64,000 bases of DNA from Bdellovibrionota bacterium. Its GTDB lineage: Bacteria > Bdellovibrionota_C > UBA2361 > JBIKUX01. The first letter of the stretch is position 1, and each line of letters begins with the position of its first letter. The notes beneath the pieces were generated by a model. That model was given only the letters and a program-made list of their open reading frames with translations. It was not told the DNA's origin and did no database searches. Position numbers and translations under genes: made by a program. The stretch spans positions 1 to 64,000 of the forward strand of contig JBIKUX010000002.1 in NCBI GenBank assembly GCA_044347345.1. The letters run 5' to 3'. Below, piece by piece: positions 10,291 to 19,970 of this stretch.

Positions 10291-13176
10291 ATGAAGTATC
10301 GTAGTATCTCCTACTTATTTTGGCCTACAACTTTAACATTTGTAACCCTGATTTTTCTAATTTTTTTAGTATTTCCCCTCTATTCTCTTCTCGGTTCAGT
10401 AGGCGAAGTCAGCCAAATATTTCCGATAATCAGAAGAGTGATTTTTTCATCCTTTTATCAAGGTCTAGCATTTCAATCAATTTTATTAGCAATTTTGGTT
10501 ACCACAATTTCTAGTTTAATCTCAGTACCACTGTCATATATTGCTGCGCGTACAGTATCAAAAATAAGTAAATCTATTCCCTTTTGTCTTCTTTTAATCA
10601 CTATACTCCCTCCTTTTGTTGGCGTATTAGGTGCACGAAAAATGCTTGGTCGAAATGGTCTTATACCAACAATACTTATTGATCTCGGTCTAATTGACAA
10701 AGCTCCGCACATATTCGGAGAAGGGTCATTATGGGGCGTAGCCATACTTCAAGCACTGCATCTTTTTCCTCTCTTAACGCTTCTTTTTATAGATGCATGG
10801 CGAAAACAAGATCGTGAACAAGTAGAAGCGGTAATACTTACTACATCTTCTAAATTTGTACGCTTAAAAATGCTGACTATTCCTCTGCTTTTCCCTAGTT
10901 GGCTGTACGGAGCACTTTTAGTAAGCATGGCAAGTATAGCTGATATAGGTACACCTTTGTTGCTGAATTATAGACTACTATTACCAGTATATCTTTATGA
11001 ATCACTTACGGATGCTTTTGAAGCTCAAAATGGTTTTATAATTATTGGATTACTATCTCTACTGAGTCTTATTATGTTTACCTTGGTAAGTAGGTTGTAC
11101 TACCAGTCAAAAATAGATACTAGCGGAAGAAGTGCTCAACCAATTAGACCAAAAGTAATATCTACCTTAAAAAATATTGTTGCTTGTATCTTCGCGGGAG
11201 TAGTTATTACTACAGCATTAATTCCTCACCTAGGGGTAATACTACTAGCTTTTATACCCAAATGGATAACGGCTTATCCTTTTTATATTCCAGAAATTTC
11301 TGCCTTTGGCTTTATTATTCACAATCCGATTGTCATCAGAAGTATTTTTATTTCCTTTGGTCTATCACTAGGGGCGACTATAATTGGTATAATCTTATCT
11401 TTACTTTTAACGTTTCATGCTTATTATTTTCGCAGCAATGTTACTCGCTTCCTTCTAATTATCTCTTTATTACCCTTAGCAGTTCCCGGTATAGCTTTTG
11501 CTTTTGGTTATCTTCAAGGATTCCGTAATTCATTTTTAGATCCGATAAGTTTTCCACTACCCTTGCTACTAATGGCTTACACCATCAGAAAACTTCCTTT
11601 CACGGTAGCCTCAAGCCAAAGTGCTTTATCCTTTATCGCTCGTGAGTTAATTGAAGTCGCTCAGGTGCACGGAGCTTCTTTATGGCAAGTCTGGAGACTA
11701 ATAGTCTTTCCACTTATATGGCGACCGATATTCGGTGGCGCGATACTAACGTTTGCATTCAGTATGCTTGAAGTAAGTGACAGTCTTATCCTAGCTCGAG
11801 AGGAAAAGTTCTACCCAATAGCAAAAGCGATATATGCTCTTGCTCTTCGCCCAGATGGTCCAGCTCCAGCATGTGCGTTTGGGTTCATGCTTGGTGTAGT
11901 TCTTACTGTACTAATACTGTGGTCACATAAGCTATCAAAGCGTTCTTTAACTTTGATTACGACACTAGTCACTCTATGTCTTCCTACATATTTAGTTGCA
12001 GAAAAAAATTCTAATATACAAGAAGAGCTAATAATTCTTTCTCCGCATTGGGATGGTCTTAAGTATGAAATTACTCAAGCGTTTAATGAATATACAGAAA
12101 ATTCTGTAAAAATCCGCTGGCTCGATGTAGGAGGAACGTCAGATATACTAAGATTTGTCGAGGGAGAACAACAGCACATACCGAGAGCAGATGTACTATT
12201 TGGCGGAGGTACCGCTACATTTAGGCAACTCGCGGCAGAAGGTTTTCTTATGAAAGTACCTCTTGCTACTGAAATTCGCAACGCTATTGCTGATAATTTA
12301 CATGGTACTCAGCTTCATGATCAAAATAGTTTTTGGTATTCAGCCATGCTCACTGGCTTTGGTATCCTTTGTAATACCCTCACATTAAAAAAACTAGATT
12401 TGAGCTTACCATCAAGCTGGGCAGACCTTTCAAAACCGGAGTGGCATAGTTGGATATCACTTGCCGATCCCCGTAAAAGTGGCAGCGCTCACGTAATTAT
12501 AGAACTAATTCTTCAAAAGCACGGCTGGAACAATGGATGGAAAATTTTACAAAGAATTAGAAGAAATATCTCGATTATTACATCATCATCCTCAGAGCTT
12601 CCGTGGTTAATTGCCACTGGTGAGGTAGCCTGTGGGGGTGTAGTTGATTCATACGCGTCACACGCAAAATCATATGCTGACACCAATCTAATTTTTATAA
12701 TGCCTTCCGAAGAAACATCCATATTAGGAGATCCAATAGGGGTGCTTAATAATGCTCCTCACCCAATAGCTGCTATTAAATTTTTGAACTTTATTCTTTC
12801 AAATAAGTTTCAAAAACTTTTAATGTCGAGGAAAGGAGCTTCAGATGGCCCCAAAAAATATGAATTATATCATATGAGCGTTATACCTTCCCTTTATGAT
12901 TCACTTGGTCAACAAAAGACCGACATCGGTAACCCATTTTCTTGGCAACCAACGCATAACTATTCAGACTCAATCGCACGGTCACGGTGGCACATTTTAA
13001 ATGATTTAGTGGGAATTTATTTAATTGATGCACCCCTGAAAACAATATCAGTTTCAGAACCACCTATTTCTGAAGAAGAATTAGCTATACTAACTCAAAA
13101 TAAATCATGGTTAACATCATTAGAGAGACAAGAATTTCTCTTTAATTGGCGCGAGATTTTATGGAGCAAACATTAA
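10291..13176 (+). CDS. Fused Fe3+-type ABC permease (FbpB-like, two TM modules) and C-terminal extracellular solute-binding protein
   Basis: Residues 1-545 hydrophobic with two EAA-like loops (EQVEAVIL, ELIEVAQVHGA); residues ~575-961 match the SBP_bac/FbpA pattern (IILSPH, DVGGTSD, ADVLFGGG, SWADL, ADPRKSGS). Confidence 0.85.
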   Translation: MKYRSISYLFWPTTLTFVTLIFLIFLVFPLYSLLGSVGEVSQIFPIIRRVIFSSFYQGLAFQSILLAILVTTISSLISVPLSYIAARTVSKISKSIPFCLLLITILPPFVGVLGARKMLGRNGLIPTILIDLGLIDKAPHIFGEGSLWGVAILQALHLFPLLTLLFIDAWRKQDREQVEAVILTTSSKFVRLKMLTIPLLFPSWLYGALLVSMASIADIGTPLLLNYRLLLPVYLYESLTDAFEAQNGFIIIGLLSLLSLIMFTLVSRLYYQSKIDTSGRSAQPIRPKVISTLKNIVACIFAGVVITTALIPHLGVILLAFIPKWITAYPFYIPEISAFGFIIHNPIVIRSIFISFGLSLGATIIGIILSLLLTFHAYYFRSNVTRFLLIISLLPLAVPGIAFAFGYLQGFRNSFLDPISFPLPLLLMAYTIRKLPFTVASSQSALSFIARELIEVAQVHGASLWQVWRLIVFPLIWRPIFGGAILTFAFSMLEVSDSLILAREEKFYPIAKAIYALALRPDGPAPACAFGFMLGVVLTVLILWSHKLSKRSLTLITTLVTLCLPTYLVAEKNSNIQEELIILSPHWDGLKYEITQAFNEYTENSVKIRWLDVGGTSDILRFVEGEQQHIPRADVLFGGGTATFRQLAAEGFLMKVPLATEIRNAIADNLHGTQLHDQNSFWYSAMLTGFGILCNTLTLKKLDLSLPSSWADLSKPEWHSWISLADPRKSGSAHVIIELILQKHGWNNGWKILQRIRRNISIITSSSSELPWLIATGEVACGGVVDSYASHAKSYADTNLIFIMPSEETSILGDPIGVLNNAPHPIAAIKFLNFILSNKFQKLLMSRKGASDGPKKYELYHMSVIPSLYDSLGQQKTDIGNPFSWQPTHNYSDSIARSRWHILNDLVGIYLIDAPLKTISVSEPPISEEELAILTQNKSWLTSLERQEFLFNWREILWSKH

Positions 13177-13195
13177 ATTTCTTAACAATTTAGGC

Positions 13196-13936
13196 TTACA
13201 TACAAGCAATGGAAAATATCGTGGGTTCTTTATGCGGCAGAAAAAACCCACCATTAAGCTTAGTTGAATCATTATTTTCTAAAGAGTTCTTTTTCCAATT
13301 TTTCACTGATTGAGTGAATATTTTCTCACTGCTAGATGTAAGGTTACTGGCTATAGACAACAAAGTTGTAGGTTTAAGTTCTAACATTAAACTTTGAAAT
13401 CTACTTAGTGTTCTATAGGGAGTCTCTATAAATTGATGAGTGTGTAATCTAGTTCCTTCAATGTAATCAAATAGTTTTATTCGTGCAGAGTTCTCATGAG
13501 GAAAATACCCATGAAAAGTAAACTGCTGTCCTGGAAGTCCGGAAGCCACCAATGCTAAAATTAAAGAAGAAGGCCCAATTAAGGGGATAACTTTCATATT
13601 CATGCAATGAGCCTCATTTATGAGAATAGATCCCGGATCAGCTACGCATGGATAACCGGCCTCAGATAATACGCCACAACTAGAGACATTATTATTTTTT
13701 AATTTTACTAAAATCTCTCTGACCTCTTCTTTAGGATTTGCATGTTTATCAAAGGAATAAAAAGTAACTTCTTTGATTGGAAGAGGATGTTCAACCTCGC
13801 GAAGAAACGCTCGCGCAGTTTTAGCATTCTCCACAAAGAAAATAGATAACGAATAAATAACTTCGATAGTTATAGGAGGAAGTACCCTGAGAGGATTAAC
13901 TGCACAAAGGGGAGTAGGTATCAAATATATGTACAT
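13196..13936 (-). CDS. SAM-dependent methyltransferase, tetrapyrrole methylase/RsmI-like
   Basis: YLIPTPL, VENAKTARAFL, SEAGYPCVADPG, GPSSLILALVASG, FIETPYR. Confidence 0.85.
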   Translation of the reverse strand: MYIYLIPTPLCAVNPLRVLPPITIEVIYSLSIFFVENAKTARAFLREVEHPLPIKEVTFYSFDKHANPKEEVREILVKLKNNNVSSCGVLSEAGYPCVADPGSILINEAHCMNMKVIPLIGPSSLILALVASGLPGQQFTFHGYFPHENSARIKLFDYIEGTRLHTHQFIETPYRTLSRFQSLMLELKPTTLLSIASNLTSSSEKIFTQSVKNWKKNSLENNDSTKLNGGFFLPHKEPTIFSIACM

Positions 13937-13975
13937 ACTAATTTGATAACTGAGCAGGAACCTAGCCCGCTCAAA

Positions 13976-14815
13976 TTAAGCACTTTGTTTTAGAGCTTCG
14001 TCATAAATCCTTTGTGGTGGAACACGCAAATTCCACACGATACCTAGCTTGCGTAAAAACAGTAATACTAAATGAGTTAAATCAATCTCCCACCAATAAA
14101 ATCCTTGTCGTTCTGAGCCAGGATAGCGATGATGATTATTATGCCAGCCCTCTCCTAAGGTAATCAGAGCAAGTATCAAACTATTTCTACTCTGATCTGA
14201 GGTAGCAAAACGTCTCTTCCCAAATACATGCGTTAATGAATTAATCGCAAAAGTTGCATGATATAGAAGTACGGTACTAACAAAAGTCCCCCACACGAAG
14301 AACTGAAGCATAGAAGTCTGCGCCGATGGCAAATACTGTTCAATAAGTACTCCAAGCCCCGCCACCGATAATAAGAAAATAAGAGGCGGAATGTAATGAT
14401 ATTTTTCAAGTAACATCAGCTCAGGATACTTTGTTAAATCTTTGACCAACTCAAGGTCTACTTCATCGTATTCTTTTGATATTACCCAACCTACGTGAGC
14501 CCACCAAATACCACGAATACCTGGAGAATGAATGTCTAACTCTGTATCAGAATGCTTATGATGATGCCGATGGCTAGCTGCCCACCAAAGAGGTCCCTTT
14601 TGAGCACTAGACGCACCTATGAATGCCAACACAAATTGAAAAAAACGACTGGTACTGTAAGACCTATGAGAAAAAAGTCGGTGATATCCGGCTGTAATGG
14701 CAAACATTCTCACCAAGTAAGCCATAAGACAAAAAATTACTGCGACAGCTGAAGCTCCTGTCCATAACGCTGACAGTGCCGCTAAGTGAATTACTACGAA
14801 AAATAACTTATTCAT
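13976..14815 (-). CDS. Delta-9 acyl-CoA/acyl-lipid desaturase
   Basis: His boxes YHRLFSH, HRHHH, WHNNHH; NSLTH motif. Confidence 0.93.
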   Translation of the reverse strand: MNKLFFVVIHLAALSALWTGASAVAVIFCLMAYLVRMFAITAGYHRLFSHRSYSTSRFFQFVLAFIGASSAQKGPLWWAASHRHHHKHSDTELDIHSPGIRGIWWAHVGWVISKEYDEVDLELVKDLTKYPELMLLEKYHYIPPLIFLLSVAGLGVLIEQYLPSAQTSMLQFFVWGTFVSTVLLYHATFAINSLTHVFGKRRFATSDQSRNSLILALITLGEGWHNNHHRYPGSERQGFYWWEIDLTHLVLLFLRKLGIVWNLRVPPQRIYDEALKQSA

Positions 14816-14967
14816 TGAAATTCTCAGCCAAGTGTTTAGTAAATCCCAGACTGCTCACACCTTTAATAGCTTAACACCAGTAGAACAAAGCTGATACAAC
14901 AACAACTCACTATCGAGTACCTAAAGCAAATAAAGCCCAAACCTTTAAACTGGAAATAATAAATTAT

Positions 14968-16869
14968 CTATATCTCAACATGAAATCCAATTTCTATGAC
15001 CTGCTCAGCAGGAATTTCAAAGAAAGTTGTGACTCTTTGAGCATTCTGCATCATAAAACAGAATAGTTCTTCCCGCCACATCGCCATTCCTGGTATTTGT
15101 GTCGCTATGGGTATTGGTCTATCCACAAAGTAACACGCTGTTCTAGCTTCATCTCTACTTAAAATACTACAATGTTCCTGCAAGGTAGATTGAACGTTAA
15201 CACTTTCCATAAAGCCATGATGCCCAATAACTCGATAAAAACCATCACCCAAGTCAAATTGCTCCACTCTTGCAGAGGGCTCAGCTATAAAAGGCACCTC
15301 TTCGGTAACAAAAGATAGAAATACCACTTTCTCGTGTATTATATGATTATGAAGGACATTAAAAATCAAAGCCGGTGGAGTAGCTTGAAGATCCCGAATC
15401 ATAAAAATTGAAACTCCCGGGACTCTTGTAATTTCTGATATATTTAAAGTTTTGCGCCATTGATTAAATGGTATTAAACGTTCCTTTAAATGCGTCCAAA
15501 GAATTTTTCTTCCCCTCCACCATGTAGTCATAACTAGCAACAACAAAATTCCAAGAAATAATGGAAGCCATCCACCATCAAAAAATTTCATGCTATTTGC
15601 GATAAGAAACAATCCGTCTACCACAAGAAATAAAATGAGTACGAGGCTAGTAGTAAATAAGCTCCATTTCCAGCTATCTTTTGCAACTACTGCCATCAAT
15701 AAGGAGGTAATCACCATGGTAGTAGATACAGCTATACCGTATGCCGCAGCAAGATGCGTTGAACTTTGAAAAAGTATAACCAGTGCAATTGTACCAATAA
15801 AAAGTATCCAGTTAACCAATGGAACATAAATTTGGCCTCGCTCACTTGAAGAAGTATGTAATATTTTAAGGCGAGGAAGATATCCCAGATGAATAGCCTG
15901 GCCTGTCATGGAAAAAGCTCCTGAGATCAGGGCTTGAGATGCAATTACAGTAGTTGCTGTAGCAAGTAATACTAATGGTAAAATTAACCAATCAGGAGCG
16001 AGAAGATAAAAAGGATTTTTAACAGTCGACGGATTGCTGAGTATCAGAGCACCTTGCCCCAAATAATTAAGAATGAGTCCCGGCATAACCAAAAAAAACC
16101 AGCCATATCGAATTGGCTTTTTTCCAAAGTGCCCCATATCAGCATATAAAGCCTCAGCTCCTGTTACTGCTAAAAAGACTGAGCCTAAAACATATACAGC
16201 ATGCTTTCCTCCCTCTTTTAAAAAAAGGAATCCATGAATTGGATTAAAGCTTGTTAGCACTTCTAATTTGTTTCCGATGTTAATAATACCTAAAAACCCA
16301 ATAGTTAAGAACCACAAAATAATTATCGGTCCAAAGAATGTCCCTAACATACGCGTCCCTTCTTTTTGAGCTAAAAAAAGAGCTGTGAGGACAAAAACTG
16401 CAATTGGTAAAATGTAAGGCTTCACTGAAGGCGCTATTACTTCAATACCCTCAACTGCGCTAAGTACTGAGATAGCCGGAGTTATTATACCATCACCGTA
16501 TATAAGGGCTCCGCCAAAAAGTCCTAGATAAATTACATATTTTCTTTTAGAAGAATTTTCATCGCCACCTTTTCTTAGGGCATATACCATCAGCGCAAGT
16601 ATTCCACCTTCACCCTTGTTATCTGCTCGCATTACAAATGTTAAATACTTTATACTTACGATTATAATAAGAGACCAAATTACAAGCGACAAAACTCCGT
16701 AAACATTGAAGGATGAAACCTGTAACGCATGATGATCACCAAAACACTCTCGTAACGCATACAAGGGGCTCGTTCCTATATCACCATAAACTACTCCAAG
16801 GGCACCAATAATAAGTGCTATGAGTCTCTTGTGTTGATTATTAAGAGAGGCACTATTACTTTCACTCAC
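14968..16869 (-). CDS. kup: K+ uptake permease Kup
   Basis: GVVYGDIGTSPLY, RADNKGEGG, TPAISVLSAVEG, TGAEALYADMGHF, GQIYVP. Confidence 0.97.
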   Translation of the reverse strand: MSESNSASLNNQHKRLIALIIGALGVVYGDIGTSPLYALRECFGDHHALQVSSFNVYGVLSLVIWSLIIIVSIKYLTFVMRADNKGEGGILALMVYALRKGGDENSSKRKYVIYLGLFGGALIYGDGIITPAISVLSAVEGIEVIAPSVKPYILPIAVFVLTALFLAQKEGTRMLGTFFGPIIILWFLTIGFLGIINIGNKLEVLTSFNPIHGFLFLKEGGKHAVYVLGSVFLAVTGAEALYADMGHFGKKPIRYGWFFLVMPGLILNYLGQGALILSNPSTVKNPFYLLAPDWLILPLVLLATATTVIASQALISGAFSMTGQAIHLGYLPRLKILHTSSSERGQIYVPLVNWILFIGTIALVILFQSSTHLAAAYGIAVSTTMVITSLLMAVVAKDSWKWSLFTTSLVLILFLVVDGLFLIANSMKFFDGGWLPLFLGILLLLVMTTWWRGRKILWTHLKERLIPFNQWRKTLNISEITRVPGVSIFMIRDLQATPPALIFNVLHNHIIHEKVVFLSFVTEEVPFIAEPSARVEQFDLGDGFYRVIGHHGFMESVNVQSTLQEHCSILSRDEARTACYFVDRPIPIATQIPGMAMWREELFCFMMQNAQRVTTFFEIPAEQVIEIGFHVEI

Positions 16870-16932
16870 AGTTCACACTCAATGTTTTTTAATTAAATTT
16901 AACTGATTATACTTTTAAGAAGTATGATTACT

Positions 16933-18069
16933 TTATATGTGCTCAAGATTATTCCTAGGGACTGGAATAGTTGTTTGTAGCCCTTGTTCACCTATTGTAA
17001 CGTGAGCCACTTTCGTAATAATGCCTGAAGGAAGTGACATTGTTTGTTCAGGAAGTTCAACGATAGTTCCTATTTTTCCGAAAAATGGTTCACGAATTAT
17101 TCTAACTGTTTGTCCAATTTTAAGCCGTTCTGATCTTAACAATGTGTCATTAGATATACTTGGTTCCCTCAAATCAGCAGAATTATGTATTATTAATTCA
17201 GGCCGAACAGCTCCAGCACGAACTTGCGTCGTACCGTTAATCGATGCAGATCTTCCAGCTGAATCATTTACTACATCTATTACTCTTTTACTCAAAGGAA
17301 TATTACCAAAACCTTCTGTAATGACCAAAGAGAGAGGTATTTCTTCATCTCCAGTAACAGCTAAACCAACTTCATAGCCCAAAAAACTACTTAAAACATT
17401 ATCAGTGATAGAACCTATTACGATTCCTGATACTCCTGAATCACACGCAGCTCTTAAAAAATCAGTAGTTGGTGTAGTACCTCCTACTAATATTGTACCA
17501 GCTGCCGAGCTTGGAAGGTGTTTTTGAGTGAGCTGTTGATTTGGTTCTACATCAAGAATTAGTATATGACCAAAATGTTCACCTCCGATTCCAAAGGCAC
17601 CTTGTACTAGATTTACCATTCCGCAGATAGTTGCCGATTGCCGTGGGATAACACTATTTACCTGACCGGAAAGATACGCTGTAAGAGAAACCTCTTTAGA
17701 AGGTAAACGAATACCGACATGTCCATGCATTTTTGAGATAAACTCAACTAATCCACTGACGGGCGAGCATACAGTTGAAGACAAAATACCAAATATACCC
17801 TTTAATTGCGCTAGCACTGAGCCTTTCGCTACTGAATCTCCCTCTTTACACCTTAAAACTCGTGTTAATTCATTTCCATTAATACCAAGCGTCTCACCTA
17901 CACGAACAATAACCAACTCACCATTGACGGTAGTACGCCCAATCATTTGACCACTTTCAACCCATTCACCTTGAGAAACAGTAATCTCCCCAGAAAGTGG
18001 TAATTGGCGATGACGAGTAATTGTTATACCACGTGCTACAATGAGTGAAGGGACAAGGGAGCCTGTCAT
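16933..18069 (-). CDS. Uncharacterised soluble protein with barrel-sandwich-hybrid-like repeats and C-terminal KOW-like motif
   Basis: VSQGEWVESG, CKEGDSVAKGSVLA..SPVSGLV (hybrid-motif-like); TEGFG; TQVRAGAVRPE; LKIGQTVRIIREPFFGKIGTIVEL (KOW-like); 2-bp gap after the GlmL-like gene. Confidence 0.75.
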   Translation of the reverse strand: MTGSLVPSLIVARGITITRHRQLPLSGEITVSQGEWVESGQMIGRTTVNGELVIVRVGETLGINGNELTRVLRCKEGDSVAKGSVLAQLKGIFGILSSTVCSPVSGLVEFISKMHGHVGIRLPSKEVSLTAYLSGQVNSVIPRQSATICGMVNLVQGAFGIGGEHFGHILILDVEPNQQLTQKHLPSSAAGTILVGGTTPTTDFLRAACDSGVSGIVIGSITDNVLSSFLGYEVGLAVTGDEEIPLSLVITEGFGNIPLSKRVIDVVNDSAGRSASINGTTQVRAGAVRPELIIHNSADLREPSISNDTLLRSERLKIGQTVRIIREPFFGKIGTIVELPEQTMSLPSGIITKVAHVTIGEQGLQTTIPVPRNNLEHI

Positions 18070-18071
18070 AT

Positions 18072-19970
18072 CTATTCCTCATTAGAAGTAAATGGCATTG
18101 CAAGACTCATACTGTCTATTGCTGAGATGATAGATTTACGAGCTGATACGGAAAAATATGCTTGTGGGATAGGTCTATTTCTTCCATCGCAAAAAACACC
18201 TAAACCACCGCCTACCGTAGCATGTGATACTGAAACCCCAGAACCTCTTCCAATATCAACTTTTGAATTTAACGGTTTAATATTTATCGTAACTTCTCTT
18301 TTCACAGATATCGGAAGAACGAAAAATTCACCAACAGATAAATCTTTTTCCCAAAGATTATCACATTGTATGGAGACAATAGGTTCACCAATTTTAAACC
18401 ACTCTGGATAGATGGGAACAACTGAAAGACCGAGATGAACTAAGCAATCACGTTCAAAAACATCCCAAGCAGCCTCAGCCAATTGACCACTTAAAACACC
18501 TAAATGTGGCATCATAAATATGGAGTCAACAGCTAGTTCTGTTATCCCCTCCAAAGCAAATCCTTCGAGAAGCATGAGTGCTGTTTGCTGTCTTTTTGGG
18601 GCGTGACTTAGCACCCCTCCAGAACCAATTACTACATTAACATCTCGTATCGATCTTCGTGATATAGACTGTGAATTTTGCGAGAAAATCTGAGAAATAC
18701 TCCTTTTACGTTTAATACCGGTAAGGCCAGTAGCTAATGCTAAATGATGATCTAATGAAAGCCGTAGTGCTTCACGACAAACAGCTTGCTCTATAAGAAG
18801 ATCCTGTTCAGTGTATGGAAGCGAAGTGGGACGAATCATCTTATTTAAAAGTTCATCTCTTAGACTATTGAGGTTAATCTCAAAAGGTAACCATCTAGCA
18901 ATAGCCTCTACACCTGCCTCTTTTAGAACGTTAGCGATTGAATAACTCATCCCTAAATTGGCGCTAACAGTGCGATGAAATGTTGCAGATTGCTCTGAAT
19001 CTTTGTGTCCAATATCACCATCAACTACAAAATAACTAAAAATATCAGTAGTTGCGCCGCCAATATCAACGCACAATACAGATTTACCTAAGCGTTCTCC
19101 ATATCCCTCAACCATCTTGCCAACAGCAGCTGGCGTAGGAATAACTTCAGCAGATGTCCAAGTTAAAAGTTTATCGTACCCCGGGGAATGACTCATAACG
19201 TGAGAAAGGAAAAATTCATGAATACCATTACGAGCAGGAGTTAATTGTTCCTTCTCAAGCACTGGTCTGACATTTTCAACTACTGCAATTTGTGCAATAG
19301 GACGAAGGATTTTTACCACCTCCAAGGAAACATCCCTATTACCAGCAAAAATAACTGGCAGCTTTAACGTAGATCCAAAACGTGGCCTAGGAGCAGCATT
19401 TAAGAGTAACTCCGCCATTTCAACAACTGCATGACTTGCTCCTCCATCTGTTCCACCTGCCAACAGAACAATATCTGGTCGCAGATGCCGTAATCGTTTA
19501 AGTCTAGTCAGCTCATCCCGTCCATCATCAGCCGCAAATATATCCATGACAATTGCTCCAGCCCCCAGTGCGGCTCGTGCTGCTGAAGAAGCTGACATGC
19601 CTCCAACTAAGCCAGTGACCACCATCTGAAGACCGCCTCCGGCTGAACTTGTTGAAAGATAAAGATCGATACCATCAGAATCCGAAAGTCTTTGTCGAAA
19701 AATTAGAGGTTCATCCCTAGGTACTGTTACTCCCCGACCGTCATCATGCAAACGCACGATAGAATATGGTAGTGACTGCTGTACTTCCAAAAACGCATTA
19801 CGCAAACCTACGGTAACATCGGCAATAGGATCTTCAACTGTAGTAGGAGCTTCACCACGAGCAATTGTTCGCCAACCTTGAGGAGTTTTGGCAAAAAAAA
19901 GAGCCTTAGTAGTAGTTGAACCACAATCAGTTACTATCACGCGCTCGATATTTACCTCTGCACCCTTCAT
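18072..19970 (-). CDS. Glutamate mutase L (GlmL/MutL)-family ASKHA-fold ATPase-like protein
   Basis: Phosphate-1 TDCGSTTTK, STSSAGGGL, LAGGTDGG, PTPAAV, phosphate-2 VDIGGATTD, RTVSANLGM, adenosine IGSGGVLSH. Confidence 0.85.
   Translation of the reverse strand: MKGAEVNIERVIVTDCGSTTTKALFFAKTPQGWRTIARGEAPTTVEDPIADVTVGLRNAFLEVQQSLPYSIVRLHDDGRGVTVPRDEPLIFRQRLSDSDGIDLYLSTSSAGGGLQMVVTGLVGGMSASSAARAALGAGAIVMDIFAADDGRDELTRLKRLRHLRPDIVLLAGGTDGGASHAVVEMAELLLNAAPRPRFGSTLKLPVIFAGNRDVSLEVVKILRPIAQIAVVENVRPVLEKEQLTPARNGIHEFFLSHVMSHSPGYDKLLTWTSAEVIPTPAAVGKMVEGYGERLGKSVLCVDIGGATTDIFSYFVVDGDIGHKDSEQSATFHRTVSANLGMSYSIANVLKEAGVEAIARWLPFEINLNSLRDELLNKMIRPTSLPYTEQDLLIEQAVCREALRLSLDHHLALATGLTGIKRKRSISQIFSQNSQSISRRSIRDVNVVIGSGGVLSHAPKRQQTALMLLEGFALEGITELAVDSIFMMPHLGVLSGQLAEAAWDVFERDCLVHLGLSVVPIYPEWFKIGEPIVSIQCDNLWEKDLSVGEFFVLPISVKREVTINIKPLNSKVDIGRGSGVSVSHATVGGGLGVFCDGRNRPIPQAYFSVSARKSIISAIDSMSLAMPFTSNEE

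Noticed and set aside
16870-16932. c-di-AMP riboswitch upstream of kup
   Set aside because: Only 63 bp of AT-rich sequence, too short for the aptamer
18072-19970. Calling this a glutamate mutase pathway gene or mismatch-repair MutL
   Set aside because: No mutase subunits or cobalamin-binding motif nearby; the motifs are ASKHA-type, not the GHKL type of repair MutL
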